The translations under genes were made by a program, and so were the position numbers. DNA of 43,676 nt from the IMG/VR virus record IMGVR_UViG_3300030613_000018, positions 1-43,676 of that record; one strand, 5' to 3'. This document shows positions 1 to 8,281 of the stretch, in pieces. Below the pieces are notes generated by a model. That model worked only from the letters and a program-made list of their open reading frames with translations, made no database searches and was not told the origin of the DNA. The first letter of the stretch is position 1. Each line of letters starts with the position of its first letter. Source of the DNA: a virus (Duplodnaviria > Caudoviricetes).

Positions 1-8
1 GCGGCCTT
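1..8. repeat. 8-bp terminal overlap GCGGCCTT, identical to 43669..43676 (circular contig junction)
   Basis: First and last 8 nt are identical. Collapsing them restores the VRR-NUC reading frame, with ATG at 13..11 and RBS AAGGAG. Confidence 0.85.
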
Positions 9-35
9 CCCATTGTCTTTCTCTCCTTTCTGAAT

Positions 36-153
36 GCCCCCGTGCCGGAATTCAATCAGGGAAACTTACCGGCGGCCCATGGGCTAACGAGCTATGTTAC
101 CCTCATACCTGGTTTGGATAAGCCCAGCGCATTTACTTCACGCCGACGGGGGC
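36..153 (-). ncRNA. putative tRNA-like/cloverleaf structured RNA 1
   Basis: Closing stem GCCCCCGT/ACGGGGGC with internal arms CGGCG/CGCTG, GGGCT/AGCCC and GCCGG/CCGGC. Intergenic. Loops are too large for a canonical tRNA. Confidence 0.5.
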
Positions 154-159
154 GAAGGG

Positions 160-330
160 TTATAAAACCATAGAATAAAAATCTTCCCATTGCTCTTTCC
201 AATATGCTTCGTTTGTCTCGTTGCAATCATCACAGAGGATAACAAAGTTTCTCTCATCTTCAACATAGGCAGTGTTTTGCCTACGCCTTCTGACATCTGG
301 CTTATCTTCTTTACACATAATACATTTCAT
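160..330 (-). CDS. small zinc-finger-like protein (56 aa, not in ORF track)
   Basis: Hand translation MKCIMCKEDKPDVRRRRQNTAYVEDERNFVILCDDCNETNEAYWKEQWEDFYSMVL*. Two CxxC pairs and a purine-rich RBS. Confidence 0.75.
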   Translation of the reverse strand: MKCIMCKEDKPDVRRRRQNTAYVEDERNFVILCDDCNETNEAYWKEQWEDFYSMVL

Positions 331-351
331 TCTTTTTTCCCCTTTTTGGGT

Positions 352-479
352 GGCTCCCAGAGCCTCTTTTCGGCCCGCTGGTAATGAGGGGTTTGCCTGG
401 CGCTCTGGTCCTCGGTACTACAGCGGGTTCGTCCCCGCCTCTCCAGCCCTCGACTACGATTCCAGCACGGTTGGGAGCC
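352..479 (-). ncRNA. putative structured RNA 2
   Basis: Closing stem GGCTCCCA/TGGGAGCC followed by ACCCA. Nested stems GCTGG/CCAGC, GAGGG/CCCTC and GCGGG/CCCGC. GC-rich intergenic block. Confidence 0.5.
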
Positions 480-483
480 TGGG

Positions 484-1425
484 TTATTTTGCTTCAGTCA
501 TAATCCGATAAATCTTGATCTGCGCTTCTCTTTTGATAATTTCCTCTACCCGTTCGTAGCCTTCTGCGCCTAAGATTTCAAAAAACCGCTCATCCCCCAG
601 GCGCTTACGCTCTCGCTCCATGATTTCGGCGAAGTCTTCTTTTTTCTTCCCGGGATCCGGCGCCGGTCCTGGCGCTGGCGCAGACCCCGCAGGCCTTTCA
701 TTCGGCGCCCCACCTGCGGCCCAGGCAGCAAGGCGACGGCCCAAATCCTCGCTTAATTGCTCATCCTTTACCATTGCGTCATAAGGCTCCCGAAATTCAG
801 ACGCCGCCAAATCCGGCTTGCCTTTTGAATGCGGAGGCAGTAAAAGCGTGAATGCCGTCTCAAAATGAATACGATCCGAAGCTATGGGTTGCCACCCAAG
901 ATCAACGGGGTTCTGTCCCTTCACAATTTTGATCTTCTCTTTAGCCCTGAACGCCAGCACAATATGACAGGCCATTTGCAGCATCGTATTGATCATCACC
1001 GCCTCGTCTTGCTTTGGCTTTACCCAGGCCGCCCAGGTCATTCGATTCCGCTTCTCGTAATTTTCCCCGGCCAATCGGTCAAGCTCGGCTTCGTGCTGAT
1101 CGAGCATACCCCCCTGGCCTTCGTGGGCATGGGATACGCTGTCAATGATCAATACCGCCGGTTTGATTTCTGCCGCCGCCTTGATCGCCTCCGTGTATTT
1201 TTTAAGGCTAAAAGGCTCCATCATATCAACGGCCAGATATTTGAATTTATCCGCGTATTGATGCCCTCTTGGCCCCTCCGTGTTAATCATCGCAACCTGG
1301 CCACCCTGGGCCAGCCCTACGGCCAGTCTATGCGCGGACATGGTTTTCCCCGACTTAGAAGGTCCCGCAAGACCAACAATTAAGGGCGTATTCTGGCGAA
1401 TCGCCGGGCGAAAGCTGAAACTCAT
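484..1425 (-). CDS. AAA_24/Sak4-like P-loop ATPase (ssDNA annealing/recombination)
   Basis: Walker A GPSKSGKT, INTE, Walker B LIIDSVSH. Start moved to MSFSF (RBS GGAGG, ATGA overlap with the HNH stop). Confidence 0.8.
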   Translation of the reverse strand: MSFSFRPAIRQNTPLIVGLAGPSKSGKTMSAHRLAVGLAQGGQVAMINTEGPRGHQYADKFKYLAVDMMEPFSLKKYTEAIKAAAEIKPAVLIIDSVSHAHEGQGGMLDQHEAELDRLAGENYEKRNRMTWAAWVKPKQDEAVMINTMLQMACHIVLAFRAKEKIKIVKGQNPVDLGWQPIASDRIHFETAFTLLLPPHSKGKPDLAASEFREPYDAMVKDEQLSEDLGRRLAAWAAGGAPNERPAGSAPAPGPAPDPGKKKEDFAEIMERERKRLGDERFFEILGAEGYERVEEIIKREAQIKIYRIMTEAK

Positions 1426-1997
1426 AAATACCTCCATGTTCTTCTTTTTATAAGAGGATAAATCGCAGAATACTTTACCGCGAAATCCTTTGCGATAGAA
1501 GATATTCCCATCCCAAATTGATACATCTGCCGAATCTTTAAAACGTCCTTTTCTTTGAATTTTGATAAATGGCAAGATTCTCCCCAAACTCGCGGTTTGA
1601 TATTTCTTCTTCCTTTACGATCCATATCGGCAACGTTCTCTTTTTGTGTGCCCAAGAAAAGATGGTCAAGACGAACACATTTAGGATTATCACAAGAATG
1701 GCAGACCTCCAGGCCATCAGGAATCGTTCCATATTCTGATTCCCAAACAAAACGATGAGCAAATACTTTTCTTGAATGGACGCAATATTTCCCGTATCCA
1801 TCCTTATTTACAGGCCCCATCCATTCCCAACATCCATCCGATTCAATAACCTTGGCCATAAATCTTTTGATTTTTGTTTCCTCATATCGCTCTTGATATG
1901 AAAGAAAATCGCCATGCTTCATAAATCTTCGATAATGAGGATTACACATTTTCCTTCGTATCGATTTTTTAATGCAACCATCGACAGAACAATTCAT
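1422..1997 (-). CDS. HNH homing endonuclease
   Basis: GCWEWMG...GYG...AHRFVW...VCHSCDNPKCVRLDHLFLGTQKENVADM motif, N-terminal CSVDGC zinc module, C-terminal HTH, AT-rich DNA. Start likely MNCSV. Confidence 0.9.
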   Translation of the reverse strand: MNCSVDGCIKKSIRRKMCNPHYRRFMKHGDFLSYQERYEETKIKRFMAKVIESDGCWEWMGPVNKDGYGKYCVHSRKVFAHRFVWESEYGTIPDGLEVCHSCDNPKCVRLDHLFLGTQKENVADMDRKGRRNIKPRVWGESCHLSKFKEKDVLKIRQMYQFGMGISSIAKDFAVKYSAIYPLIKRRTWRYL

Positions 1998-1998
1998 T

Positions 1999-2877
1999 TT
2001 ATTTTCCCAGGCCAAGTTCGCCGCTTTTTTCTTCCCATGCAGTTATAGCCCATGCAGGAGGCTCAAGATAATGAACCCTATTTTCATAGGCAGGCCAATC
2101 GTTATTTCTAAGACACTTCTCCCAGAGAAATTTTCCAAATTCTGTTTGCTGTTTGCCAAAATCCATAAACCCCGGAGTTAAACCAACAAAAGAACAAATG
2201 TATGGTTCCTGAATTTCACAAAAAATCAGAATGAACTTAGGTTCAATTCCGAAAATCGCTTTTGCTCCCCGGACATAAAAAGCCGCCTGGATAGAGTATC
2301 CCATATTGATTATATGGCGGTCTAAACTTATCGGATTAACGGAAAGCTCTGTGAACTTTATGTCCAATAGCAATTTTCTGTCGGCAGAAATGAAATCCGG
2401 CCTACACCTACACCAAGTGCTCTCTTCTTTCCAAAACAAAGAAAGCTCAGAATCGCCATCTTCTTTTAGATTTTTGATCCCGAGCTCCGGGCATCCGCAA
2501 AGCTGCGCTTCGGCGCGCTGTACGCACTTCTTGACCTTTTCGTGTTGGTAGGCCAGTAAGGGCGTCTTTCCATTCTTCCGCGCCTCGTCGCGGGCTTCCT
2601 TCGCGGCTTTCGTCCGCCAGTCATCCGCCTCGATGACGGCCACGTTGTCGATGCCCTGCAAAAGAATCGAATGTGAAGCCGTCCCCACGTCGAATTTCCC
2701 GGCGCCTTCGTCGGGTTGATAGTCCGGGTTCAAACGCGGTGAATTATACCAGGCGTGCGCCGCGCTCCGGGTGATCAGGTCTTTGATCGTAGAGCGCGAT
2801 AAGGAAGGCTCTGGAGCTGGGTCAGAGTGGTACACTTCCATAGGGATTTCGTAATGTCCGGGGGTTTCAATCTTCAT
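1999..2877 (-). CDS. RecE/exonuclease VIII-like PD-(D/E)XK nuclease (DUF3799-like)
   Basis: YH...LSRSTIK, GTASHSILL, WCRCRPD, LLDIK, GYSIQAAFY motifs; adjacent to the Sak4-like ATPase. Confidence 0.85.
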   Translation of the reverse strand: MKIETPGHYEIPMEVYHSDPAPEPSLSRSTIKDLITRSAAHAWYNSPRLNPDYQPDEGAGKFDVGTASHSILLQGIDNVAVIEADDWRTKAAKEARDEARKNGKTPLLAYQHEKVKKCVQRAEAQLCGCPELGIKNLKEDGDSELSLFWKEESTWCRCRPDFISADRKLLLDIKFTELSVNPISLDRHIINMGYSIQAAFYVRGAKAIFGIEPKFILIFCEIQEPYICSFVGLTPGFMDFGKQQTEFGKFLWEKCLRNNDWPAYENRVHYLEPPAWAITAWEEKSGELGLGK

Positions 2878-3058
2878 TTTTACCTCCTCTTTTTAAGACT
2901 TCCTCAAATCGAGTAAGCCAATCTTCTAAAAAAAACTTATGCTCTCGGAAGGCCGCTTCGATCTCAGCCGCCGCCCGCCTCATTTCTTCTGCGGCAACCC
3001 TTATTGTACGGGCAGCGGTTCCTGCTTCTTCAATTCCAAGCAATAAAACCTTTTCCAT
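2867..3058 (-). CDS. hypothetical protein
   Basis: 63-aa ORF coupled to both neighbours. Confidence 0.65.
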   Translation of the reverse strand: MEKVLLLGIEEAGTAARTIRVAAEEMRRAAAEIEAAFREHKFFLEDWLTRFEEVLKRGGKNED

Positions 3059-4341
3059 TACTTCTTAACCTCTCCTTTCTCAACGATCCACACTCCCACT
3101 TCGGCAGGAATTTCAGCCGGCCGCTCGCCTACCACAGTAGCCAGGATCGTCTTATCCTCTTCGCGCGCGCGATCAATAAGCAGGAAAACAGACTTGCCCA
3201 GGCTTTCCGCCCGGTCCACCAGGCTAATTCCAAGGTCCTTCGGGTAAAGACCGGAAAGCTCTTCGGACAATCTCATAATCTGGCTTCCGCTAAGCATTCC
3301 CGCGCTCGTTCCCTGATAGGTGAAATTTCCTTCTTCATCAAAGGCGAGGTCCTTGATCTTAGAGGTCGCGGAGATCTCGGCCAACGTGGCGAGCTTGGCC
3401 TTTTTCAGGTCGCGTTGCCGGGTTTCCAGGAACAGGATTTCTTTCTCATCGTTCTTCTTCTGTTCCGCACGCGCAAGATTTTTTTGATATTGCTCCGCGC
3501 GGACATTGGTCGCAGCCGCCTTGGTAATCCCGTCCTCCAGGGCGGAGGTGTCGGGCGGGAAGGGCAAAAAATTTTCATCGTGTAAAGTATTCTCTTTTAC
3601 CCAGGCGTCAATGCCCTCTTTTTTCGCCTCCATCATATTAAGCCTGGAGCGCAATTCGACGATATCTTTTTCCAGGGCAAACAGAGACTCAACGGCCTTG
3701 TTATACTCGGCGTTTTGCGCCCTAATTTTTTTGTTGCCGCTTTCAATGTCGACTATGAGGTCCTGGTGTACCCTTCGGATTCCGGCAAGCTGCACTTTTA
3801 ACGGTTCCGGATCCACTGACTCAACCTTTGTCAGGTCGATCGTCCCGTACATCTTGACCTTAACCCGCAGATCCCGAGCCTCGCCCTCGCAGGCGTAAAT
3901 TTCCTTGTCGATCTCCGAGGTATCGACAGCAAAAAGCTGCACGAAATACTGCTTCCGCTCGGTCTCGCCCATCGTGCGCAAAAAGTCCTGATCCAAGAGG
4001 AAGGGATTTAGAAACTTCTTGATCTCGTCCACGGGCTTCTTGATGGGCTTGCCGTCCCGGATAAAAGCAATCTCCCGCGCCTTCGTCTCCCCGCCTTTGG
4101 ACCGGTACCACTCGCGGTTAATCGATCCGCCCTCAAACTCCAATGTCACGCGTGCATCATCCTGGCCGTGGCGAATAATGTCCGCTGGGTAGGCGCCGCC
4201 GAATGCCCAGCGCACGGCGTTCAGAATCGTCGTCTTCCCTTGACGTATCTCGCCGTAGAATAAAATCAGTGGTTTGTTTAACTCGATCGTTGTGTCGGCG
4301 ATTAGTCCGACGTTTTTAATGATCAGCCTCTTTACTTTCAT
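3058..4341 (-). CDS. SMC/Rad50-like ABC ATPase with coiled coil
   Basis: MKVKRLIIKNVG start, Walker A GEIRQGKTT, long coiled coil, degenerate signature LSGSQ and Walker B LVDRAESL. RBS GGAGG. Confidence 0.8.
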   Translation of the reverse strand: MKVKRLIIKNVGLIADTTIELNKPLILFYGEIRQGKTTILNAVRWAFGGAYPADIIRHGQDDARVTLEFEGGSINREWYRSKGGETKAREIAFIRDGKPIKKPVDEIKKFLNPFLLDQDFLRTMGETERKQYFVQLFAVDTSEIDKEIYACEGEARDLRVKVKMYGTIDLTKVESVDPEPLKVQLAGIRRVHQDLIVDIESGNKKIRAQNAEYNKAVESLFALEKDIVELRSRLNMMEAKKEGIDAWVKENTLHDENFLPFPPDTSALEDGITKAAATNVRAEQYQKNLARAEQKKNDEKEILFLETRQRDLKKAKLATLAEISATSKIKDLAFDEEGNFTYQGTSAGMLSGSQIMRLSEELSGLYPKDLGISLVDRAESLGKSVFLLIDRAREEDKTILATVVGERPAEIPAEVGVWIVEKGEVKK

Positions 4342-4565
4342 TCTTCTACCTCCTTTGTCGATAGATTTTTTCCACAATTTAGACAGATTCGTTTACCATC
4401 TCGGCCCCATTGTTCCGTATGCGCACAGTCTTCCGGGGAATAATGAGGGACGTTCCTGATCGTTTTCACATCATCGGGCGGGTCCAGATAAAACAGGCCG
4501 CACCGGACACAATAAATAATAGGCCCGGGCTCATACCAAAGATTTTCATGCGGGCAATCATTCAT
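4338..4565 (-). CDS. small Cys/His-rich protein
   Basis: Two repeated CxH...CxxCG modules; overlaps the next start. Confidence 0.65.
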   Translation of the reverse strand: MNDCPHENLWYEPGPIIYCVRCGLFYLDPPDDVKTIRNVPHYSPEDCAHTEQWGRDGKRICLNCGKNLSTKEVEE

Positions 4566-4568
4566 GGT

Positions 4569-4955
4569 TCACCATCTTTCCTGACAAATAGAAACGAGTT
4601 GCAAGTCTTTGAATCTAAGAAAGTACATAGTCCCATTCCCACCATAGCCTGGATAAAGATAAATTATTGTCCGTACAAAGCGGGTAACGGAGACTGGTCC
4701 GGAGTGCTCGGTTATCATCAAAGAGGGACCATAAAGAACCTGACTCGGCATTCCACATTTTCGCTGAACGTGAGCCAAACTGTCCCCCAGCCAGGCTTTT
4801 TCCCAGCCACAACCCATCCAGCGTTCACAGCTTCCAACCCCATTCCCACTGTCTATCGGGAAATTTCCCTGTGCGTTGGCCGCGTCAATTTCCCAAATCG
4901 GGAAAAGGTAGGCCAGCATAATCAAAGAAAAAATTACCACTTTTTTGAATCGCAT
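4569..4955 (-). CDS. exported protein, DUF2845-like
   Basis: Signal-peptide-like N-terminus; LGDS..V..KCG.P motif; RBS GGAGG. Confidence 0.55.
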   Translation of the reverse strand: MRFKKVVIFSLIMLAYLFPIWEIDAANAQGNFPIDSGNGVGSCERWMGCGWEKAWLGDSLAHVQRKCGMPSQVLYGPSLMITEHSGPVSVTRFVRTIIYLYPGYGGNGTMYFLRFKDLQLVSICQERW

Positions 4956-5122
4956 ATCTCTACCTCCTGTTTTTTAAAAAATGCTTCGGCTTCTTCTGCC
5001 AGTTTTCCCTTACATCTGGAACAGATCCCGTGCGTTATCGATGCGTCTGTAAGCGGCTCTTTTTCCCCCATAAAAAGCTCTTCCCCAAAATATTTTTTGT
5101 GCCAAGAGCAAACTATCAACAT
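4934..5122 (-). CDS. small zinc-binding phage protein
   Basis: CSWH...ITHGICSRC motif common in phage early regions. Confidence 0.65.
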   Translation of the reverse strand: MLIVCSWHKKYFGEELFMGEKEPLTDASITHGICSRCKGKLAEEAEAFFKKQEVEICDSKKW

Positions 5123-5490
5123 ACGCCTAACTCCCCAGCCACCAGGCGGCCATAGAATTTCTGCGTCGCACTCAACGCGATCTTGGTGTCATGTAAGGCG
5201 GTCATGGCTTCTTCCCGGCGCCGCTCTTGATCCTCAAGCTTTTGGTCCATGACCGCGCTCACGTTCCGCAGGATTCTCATGTCCCAACCCGGCGCCAAGT
5301 CCCAAGCTCCGGTCGGCGTGATGAATCTCGTCCGCCAGACTTGGCTGGGGTCCTTGGGCGATTCCGTCTTGACTGAGATTTCGCATTTCCCCCAGCGGAA
5401 ACCCACCCAACGGCCCAGGGAAAACGCATCTAAAAACGGCCGGCCGTGGATCAAAACTGCCTGCGCCATCAAATCGAGCTCTTTATCCAT
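5116..5490 (-). CDS. hypothetical protein
   Basis: 124-aa ORF with RBS GGAGG, coupled to neighbours. Confidence 0.65.
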   Translation of the reverse strand: MDKELDLMAQAVLIHGRPFLDAFSLGRWVGFRWGKCEISVKTESPKDPSQVWRTRFITPTGAWDLAPGWDMRILRNVSAVMDQKLEDQERRREEAMTALHDTKIALSATQKFYGRLVAGELGVC

Positions 5491-5689
5491 TCTGAGCCTC
5501 CCTCATGACCTTATTCGCCTTCCTCATCGTCCGGGCCAACTTGTCGGCAGCCTTTCGTCTTCGCACCTCTCCGATCACGGCCCCGGTTTTGTCGTTTACA
5601 ACAACGTATTTTGGGGCCCGGTTCACGCCGCGATCTTGGCGCTCGTAAATGACTATCCCGTCCTTGTCGCTGATTCTAATTATTTCCAT
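5483..5689 (-). CDS. hypothetical protein
   Basis: 68-aa ORF with RBS GAGG. Confidence 0.65.
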   Translation of the reverse strand: MEIIRISDKDGIVIYERQDRGVNRAPKYVVVNDKTGAVIGEVRRRKAADKLARTMRKANKVMREAQNG

Positions 5690-5754
5690 CTTCTAACCTC
5701 CGGCAAACATTCATTATTTTAATCAATATCAGCATCGTTTTTAAAACCACCCCT

Positions 5755-6051
5755 TTATTTCGGGTCAGGCTCCGGCATTTTATCCCCAGAATGATCAAAT
5801 TCGGGGGGGTCTGGAGATTCTAAGGGTATTTCTGAATGAGTTTTTGATCGATAGGGCATTTTTGGATAAAGCGGGCATTCCGGTACTTGGCAGTCCATTT
5901 TCCCGTCTGCATAATAACCCATACAGGAATAGCACTTTGCTCGCAGCCTTTGGGTTGAATTGAGCTTTTTGCCGCCCAAGTGTTTTAATAATTCTTGCTT
6001 CCCTCTCGCACTCAACCCCAATTTGTTTATCGATCTTTTTATATCTGACAT
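5755..6051 (-). CDS. Cys-motif phage early protein
   Basis: RAKCYSCMG...DCQVPECPLYP motif. Confidence 0.7.
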   Translation of the reverse strand: MSDIKRSINKLGLSARGKQELLKHLGGKKLNSTQRLRAKCYSCMGYYADGKMDCQVPECPLYPKMPYRSKTHSEIPLESPDPPEFDHSGDKMPEPDPK

Positions 6052-6095
6052 TTTCTTGCCTCTCCGTTTATTTGCCCGGATCCGCCGGGCTCGGA

Positions 6096-6263
6096 CTAAA
6101 AATTAACCTGCCGTAGCCATTGGCCGTATATCTGCGCAATAGCGCTTTGTAGCCGGTACATTTCCCGGCGTGCAACAGTGCCTTTGGCATAATCGCCATA
6201 ATCCTCAGCCTGTGCGGGGATTTTATATTTTTCCTCTCCCCAATTGATTTTTATCCAGCGCAT
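6096..6263 (-). CDS. hypothetical protein (55 aa, not in ORF track)
   Basis: Hand translation MRWIKINWGEEKYKIPAQAEDYGDYAKGTVARREMYRLQSAIAQIYGQWLRQVNF*; RBS GAGGGG. Confidence 0.65.
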   Translation of the reverse strand: MRWIKINWGEEKYKIPAQAEDYGDYAKGTVARREMYRLQSAIAQIYGQWLRQVNF

Positions 6264-6269
6264 TTCCCC

Positions 6270-6461
6270 TCAAATCTTGGCCAGGCCATAATATGGCGTG
6301 AAGTAATACAGGGCCTTTGTCTTGTGGTCTATCAGTAAATACTTACCAGGCATTCCGTCGCCGGGCGGCGCGATCTTTTTCAGGATTCCCAGCGTCAAGA
6401 ACCCCACCTTTACATCTTTGCCCGCGTCCCAAATTTGTCTTACCCTGCCAGGTCTCCACAT
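6270..6461 (-). CDS. hypothetical protein, first gene of the early operon
   Basis: RBS GGGAGGT directly downstream of the sigma70-type promoter. Confidence 0.7.
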   Translation of the reverse strand: MWRPGRVRQIWDAGKDVKVGFLTLGILKKIAPPGDGMPGKYLLIDHKTKALYYFTPYYGLAKI

Positions 6462-6482
6462 TTTTTCTTACCTCCCACTTTC

Positions 6483-6511
6483 ATTCTAATTATCTTTTCG
6501 GCATTTGTCAA
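6483..6511 (-). promoter_or_regulatory. strong sigma70-type early promoter
   Basis: TTGACA (6511..6506), 17-bp spacer, TAGAAT (6488..6483), with an AT-rich UP-like tract upstream. Confidence 0.85.
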
Positions 6512-6598
6512 CTATTATTTAATCTTTATTCAATTATTGGTTAATTATTTACAGCGTCTATTAAAGATAGAGCGGAAGTTCCGTGCCAAACCCAAAAG

Positions 6599-6649
6599 TT
6601 ATCAACCTAAATCGTACTTTATCCACCAAAATAGTTTGATTTATCCACA
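6599..6649 (+). promoter_or_regulatory. three phased DnaA-box-like 9-mers
   Basis: TTATCAACC (6599), TTATCCACC (6619) and perfect TTATCCACA (6641); spacing 20 and 22 bp. Confidence 0.45.
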
Positions 6650-7072
6650 GGCAAAAAGGCGGGCTTCAACTTCGCGGCGTCGAATCAATCCTTTTAATTT
6701 GCGCCCCCCGGCGTATACCCAGCGCCGGATCTGCGCGGGCGCCTCGTCAAGGTCGCCCCGGTTGATGACCTGGCGTAACATACTGGCTTGTAGTGCTCCC
6801 GAACCTAAATTGAACGTCCAAGAGGTCAAACTATCAAACATATTTTGGTTCAAAGGGACGCGGATCAGACGGGAGATCGCTCTTTCGGCAACGGAAACAT
6901 CCCGTAAAAGGACGATTTCGCCATTTTCAGGGCTGAGAGGCAGGTCAAATACCTCGCCTGGCTTAACGAGGTGGCCCCAGCCGACAGTCCAGAGGCCAGC
7001 CATGTCCCGATATAGGGTGGGGGAAAAAGATTCGAATAAACGGATTAGGCGCAGTCCTGCGGGGGAGATCAT
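6641..7072 (-). CDS. endolysin, GH24 phage lysozyme
   Basis: FE...YRDMAGLWTVGWGH catalytic E-D-T pattern; LNQNMFDSLTSWTFNLG; GLIRRREVE. Confidence 0.95.
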   Translation of the reverse strand: MISPAGLRLIRLFESFSPTLYRDMAGLWTVGWGHLVKPGEVFDLPLSPENGEIVLLRDVSVAERAISRLIRVPLNQNMFDSLTSWTFNLGSGALQASMLRQVINRGDLDEAPAQIRRWVYAGGRKLKGLIRRREVEARLFACG

Positions 7073-7545
7073 TTCTTAAAAAACTTCTGCAACATCCGGC
7101 CACTGAACCAGAATGAGATTATGGTCGCGAAGATCGCAGAATCTTCCTCAGTCCAGGTTTTAGCCAGGGCGGAAGTAAAGGTAATATTTGAATAAAAAGC
7201 AGAAGCGGATTCAGCCTGAGCGTATTTGACGACGGCATAAAGCCCAAAAAAACAATAGGTTATAACTGGCCTGACACTTCCGGTCAAGAATGTCAGCGCC
7301 GCATCAACCCACTTAACCCCACTTGGAACGATCTTCGCGGACTCATAAAGCGCCTGCATTTCTGCGGATTCGGCAGATACCCGGACTTCCTCAAGTTTCT
7401 GCGCTCCGATGTCCTTCTGAGCCTGAATCTGGAGTTGCATGACGGCCAATTCGTGGGCTTTGTCCCGTTTGTCTTGCCACATTTGCAGCAACTTCGGCGC
7501 GAAACTGCCCAGGAAACCAATCAAAGAGCCAAGGATGGTCAGCAT
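7069..7545 (-). CDS. holin-like membrane protein (3TM type)
   Basis: Hydrophobic N-terminus, SVRPVITY and terminal FWFSGR motifs; next to the lysozyme. Confidence 0.7.
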   Translation of the reverse strand: MLTILGSLIGFLGSFAPKLLQMWQDKRDKAHELAVMQLQIQAQKDIGAQKLEEVRVSAESAEMQALYESAKIVPSGVKWVDAALTFLTGSVRPVITYCFFGLYAVVKYAQAESASAFYSNITFTSALAKTWTEEDSAIFATIISFWFSGRMLQKFFKK

Positions 7546-7742
7546 TTCTGTTTCTCCTTTTCGATCTTATCGGTGAAGTAGGATTCGATTTTCAAAACCC
7601 TTTGAAATTGTTCCGCCGCAAGTTTCTTGATCCTGACGTTCCCGCTTTGCTTGACGATCTTCTGCGCGGCCATGCCGAGGAAAACGAGATCGTTTAAAAC
7701 CGTTCCTTGGATCACATTCAGGCAGTAGTAGCAGGTTTTCAT
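7539..7742 (-). CDS. hypothetical protein
   Basis: Likely start MKTCYYC, ATGA-coupled to the upstream gene. Confidence 0.5.
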   Translation of the reverse strand: MKTCYYCLNVIQGTVLNDLVFLGMAAQKIVKQSGNVRIKKLAAEQFQRVLKIESYFTDKIEKEKQKC

Positions 7743-8041
7743 TTCCAACCCAGGGCCTTGAAAACCGTATTCGCGAAACCGGTGATTATGGCGATTGAAC
7801 CGATTGCCAGGACCCAAAACAAAAGGCCGATTTTTGTCCCCTGAATGGCATCGGCCAAACTTTTCTTTGCTTCAGATCGTTTCATCTCATCGATCTTGTT
7901 CAATACGTCTGAGTGGCCTTTGTCGATTTTTTCCTCAATGCGTTGATTCTGCTCGGCCATATTTTTTTGCCCGGTTTCCAGGCTTCCCAAACACCGCATG
8001 ACCTCAGAATGTTCAGCGCAAAAGTGTTGTTCTGGAGGCAT
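7739..8041 (-). CDS. coiled-coil protein with C-terminal TM helix (lysis-associated)
   Basis: CxxH N-terminus, coiled coil, one TM segment; position in lysis cassette. Confidence 0.6.
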   Translation of the reverse strand: MPPEQHFCAEHSEVMRCLGSLETGQKNMAEQNQRIEEKIDKGHSDVLNKIDEMKRSEAKKSLADAIQGTKIGLLFWVLAIGSIAIITGFANTVFKALGWK

Positions 8042-8119
8042 TGTTTTTCTCCCTAGACACCAATCGATTCACAATTTTGGATCTCATCGGCGGAGTGCCC
8101 AATCCATTGATCCCACCAA

Positions 8120-8281
8120 TCACTCAGGCGGTTCATTCTTTTCCGGTTCTCTTTTTACGATTTTCCCCTGATGAATTTGCTGCTTCAGCGCATACATTTC
8201 GTCAAGGGATTTGCCCGATATGGTTACGCTGTCAATCAGCGCTAAAAGAATTTGCCGCTGCTTTTCATTATCAAAAATCAT
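8120..8281 (-). CDS. small protein (53 aa, not in ORF track), possible fibre chaperone
   Basis: Hand translation MIFDNEKQRQILLALIDSVTISGKSLDEMYALKQQIHQGKIVKREPEKNEPPE*; ATGA overlap. Confidence 0.65.
   Translation of the reverse strand: MIFDNEKQRQILLALIDSVTISGKSLDEMYALKQQIHQGKIVKREPEKNEPPE

Noticed and set aside
36-153. Canonical tRNA gene
   Set aside because: No 7-nt anticodon loop, no TTCRA T-loop, no CCA; kept only as tRNA-like.
352-479. c-di-GMP-I riboswitch or hammerhead ribozyme
   Set aside because: GGCAAACC is present but the rest of the aptamer pattern is not; no CUGANGA core.
6074-6090. GCCCGG-N5-CCGGGC hairpin as an intrinsic terminator
   Set aside because: No U-tract follows it on either strand; function unclear.
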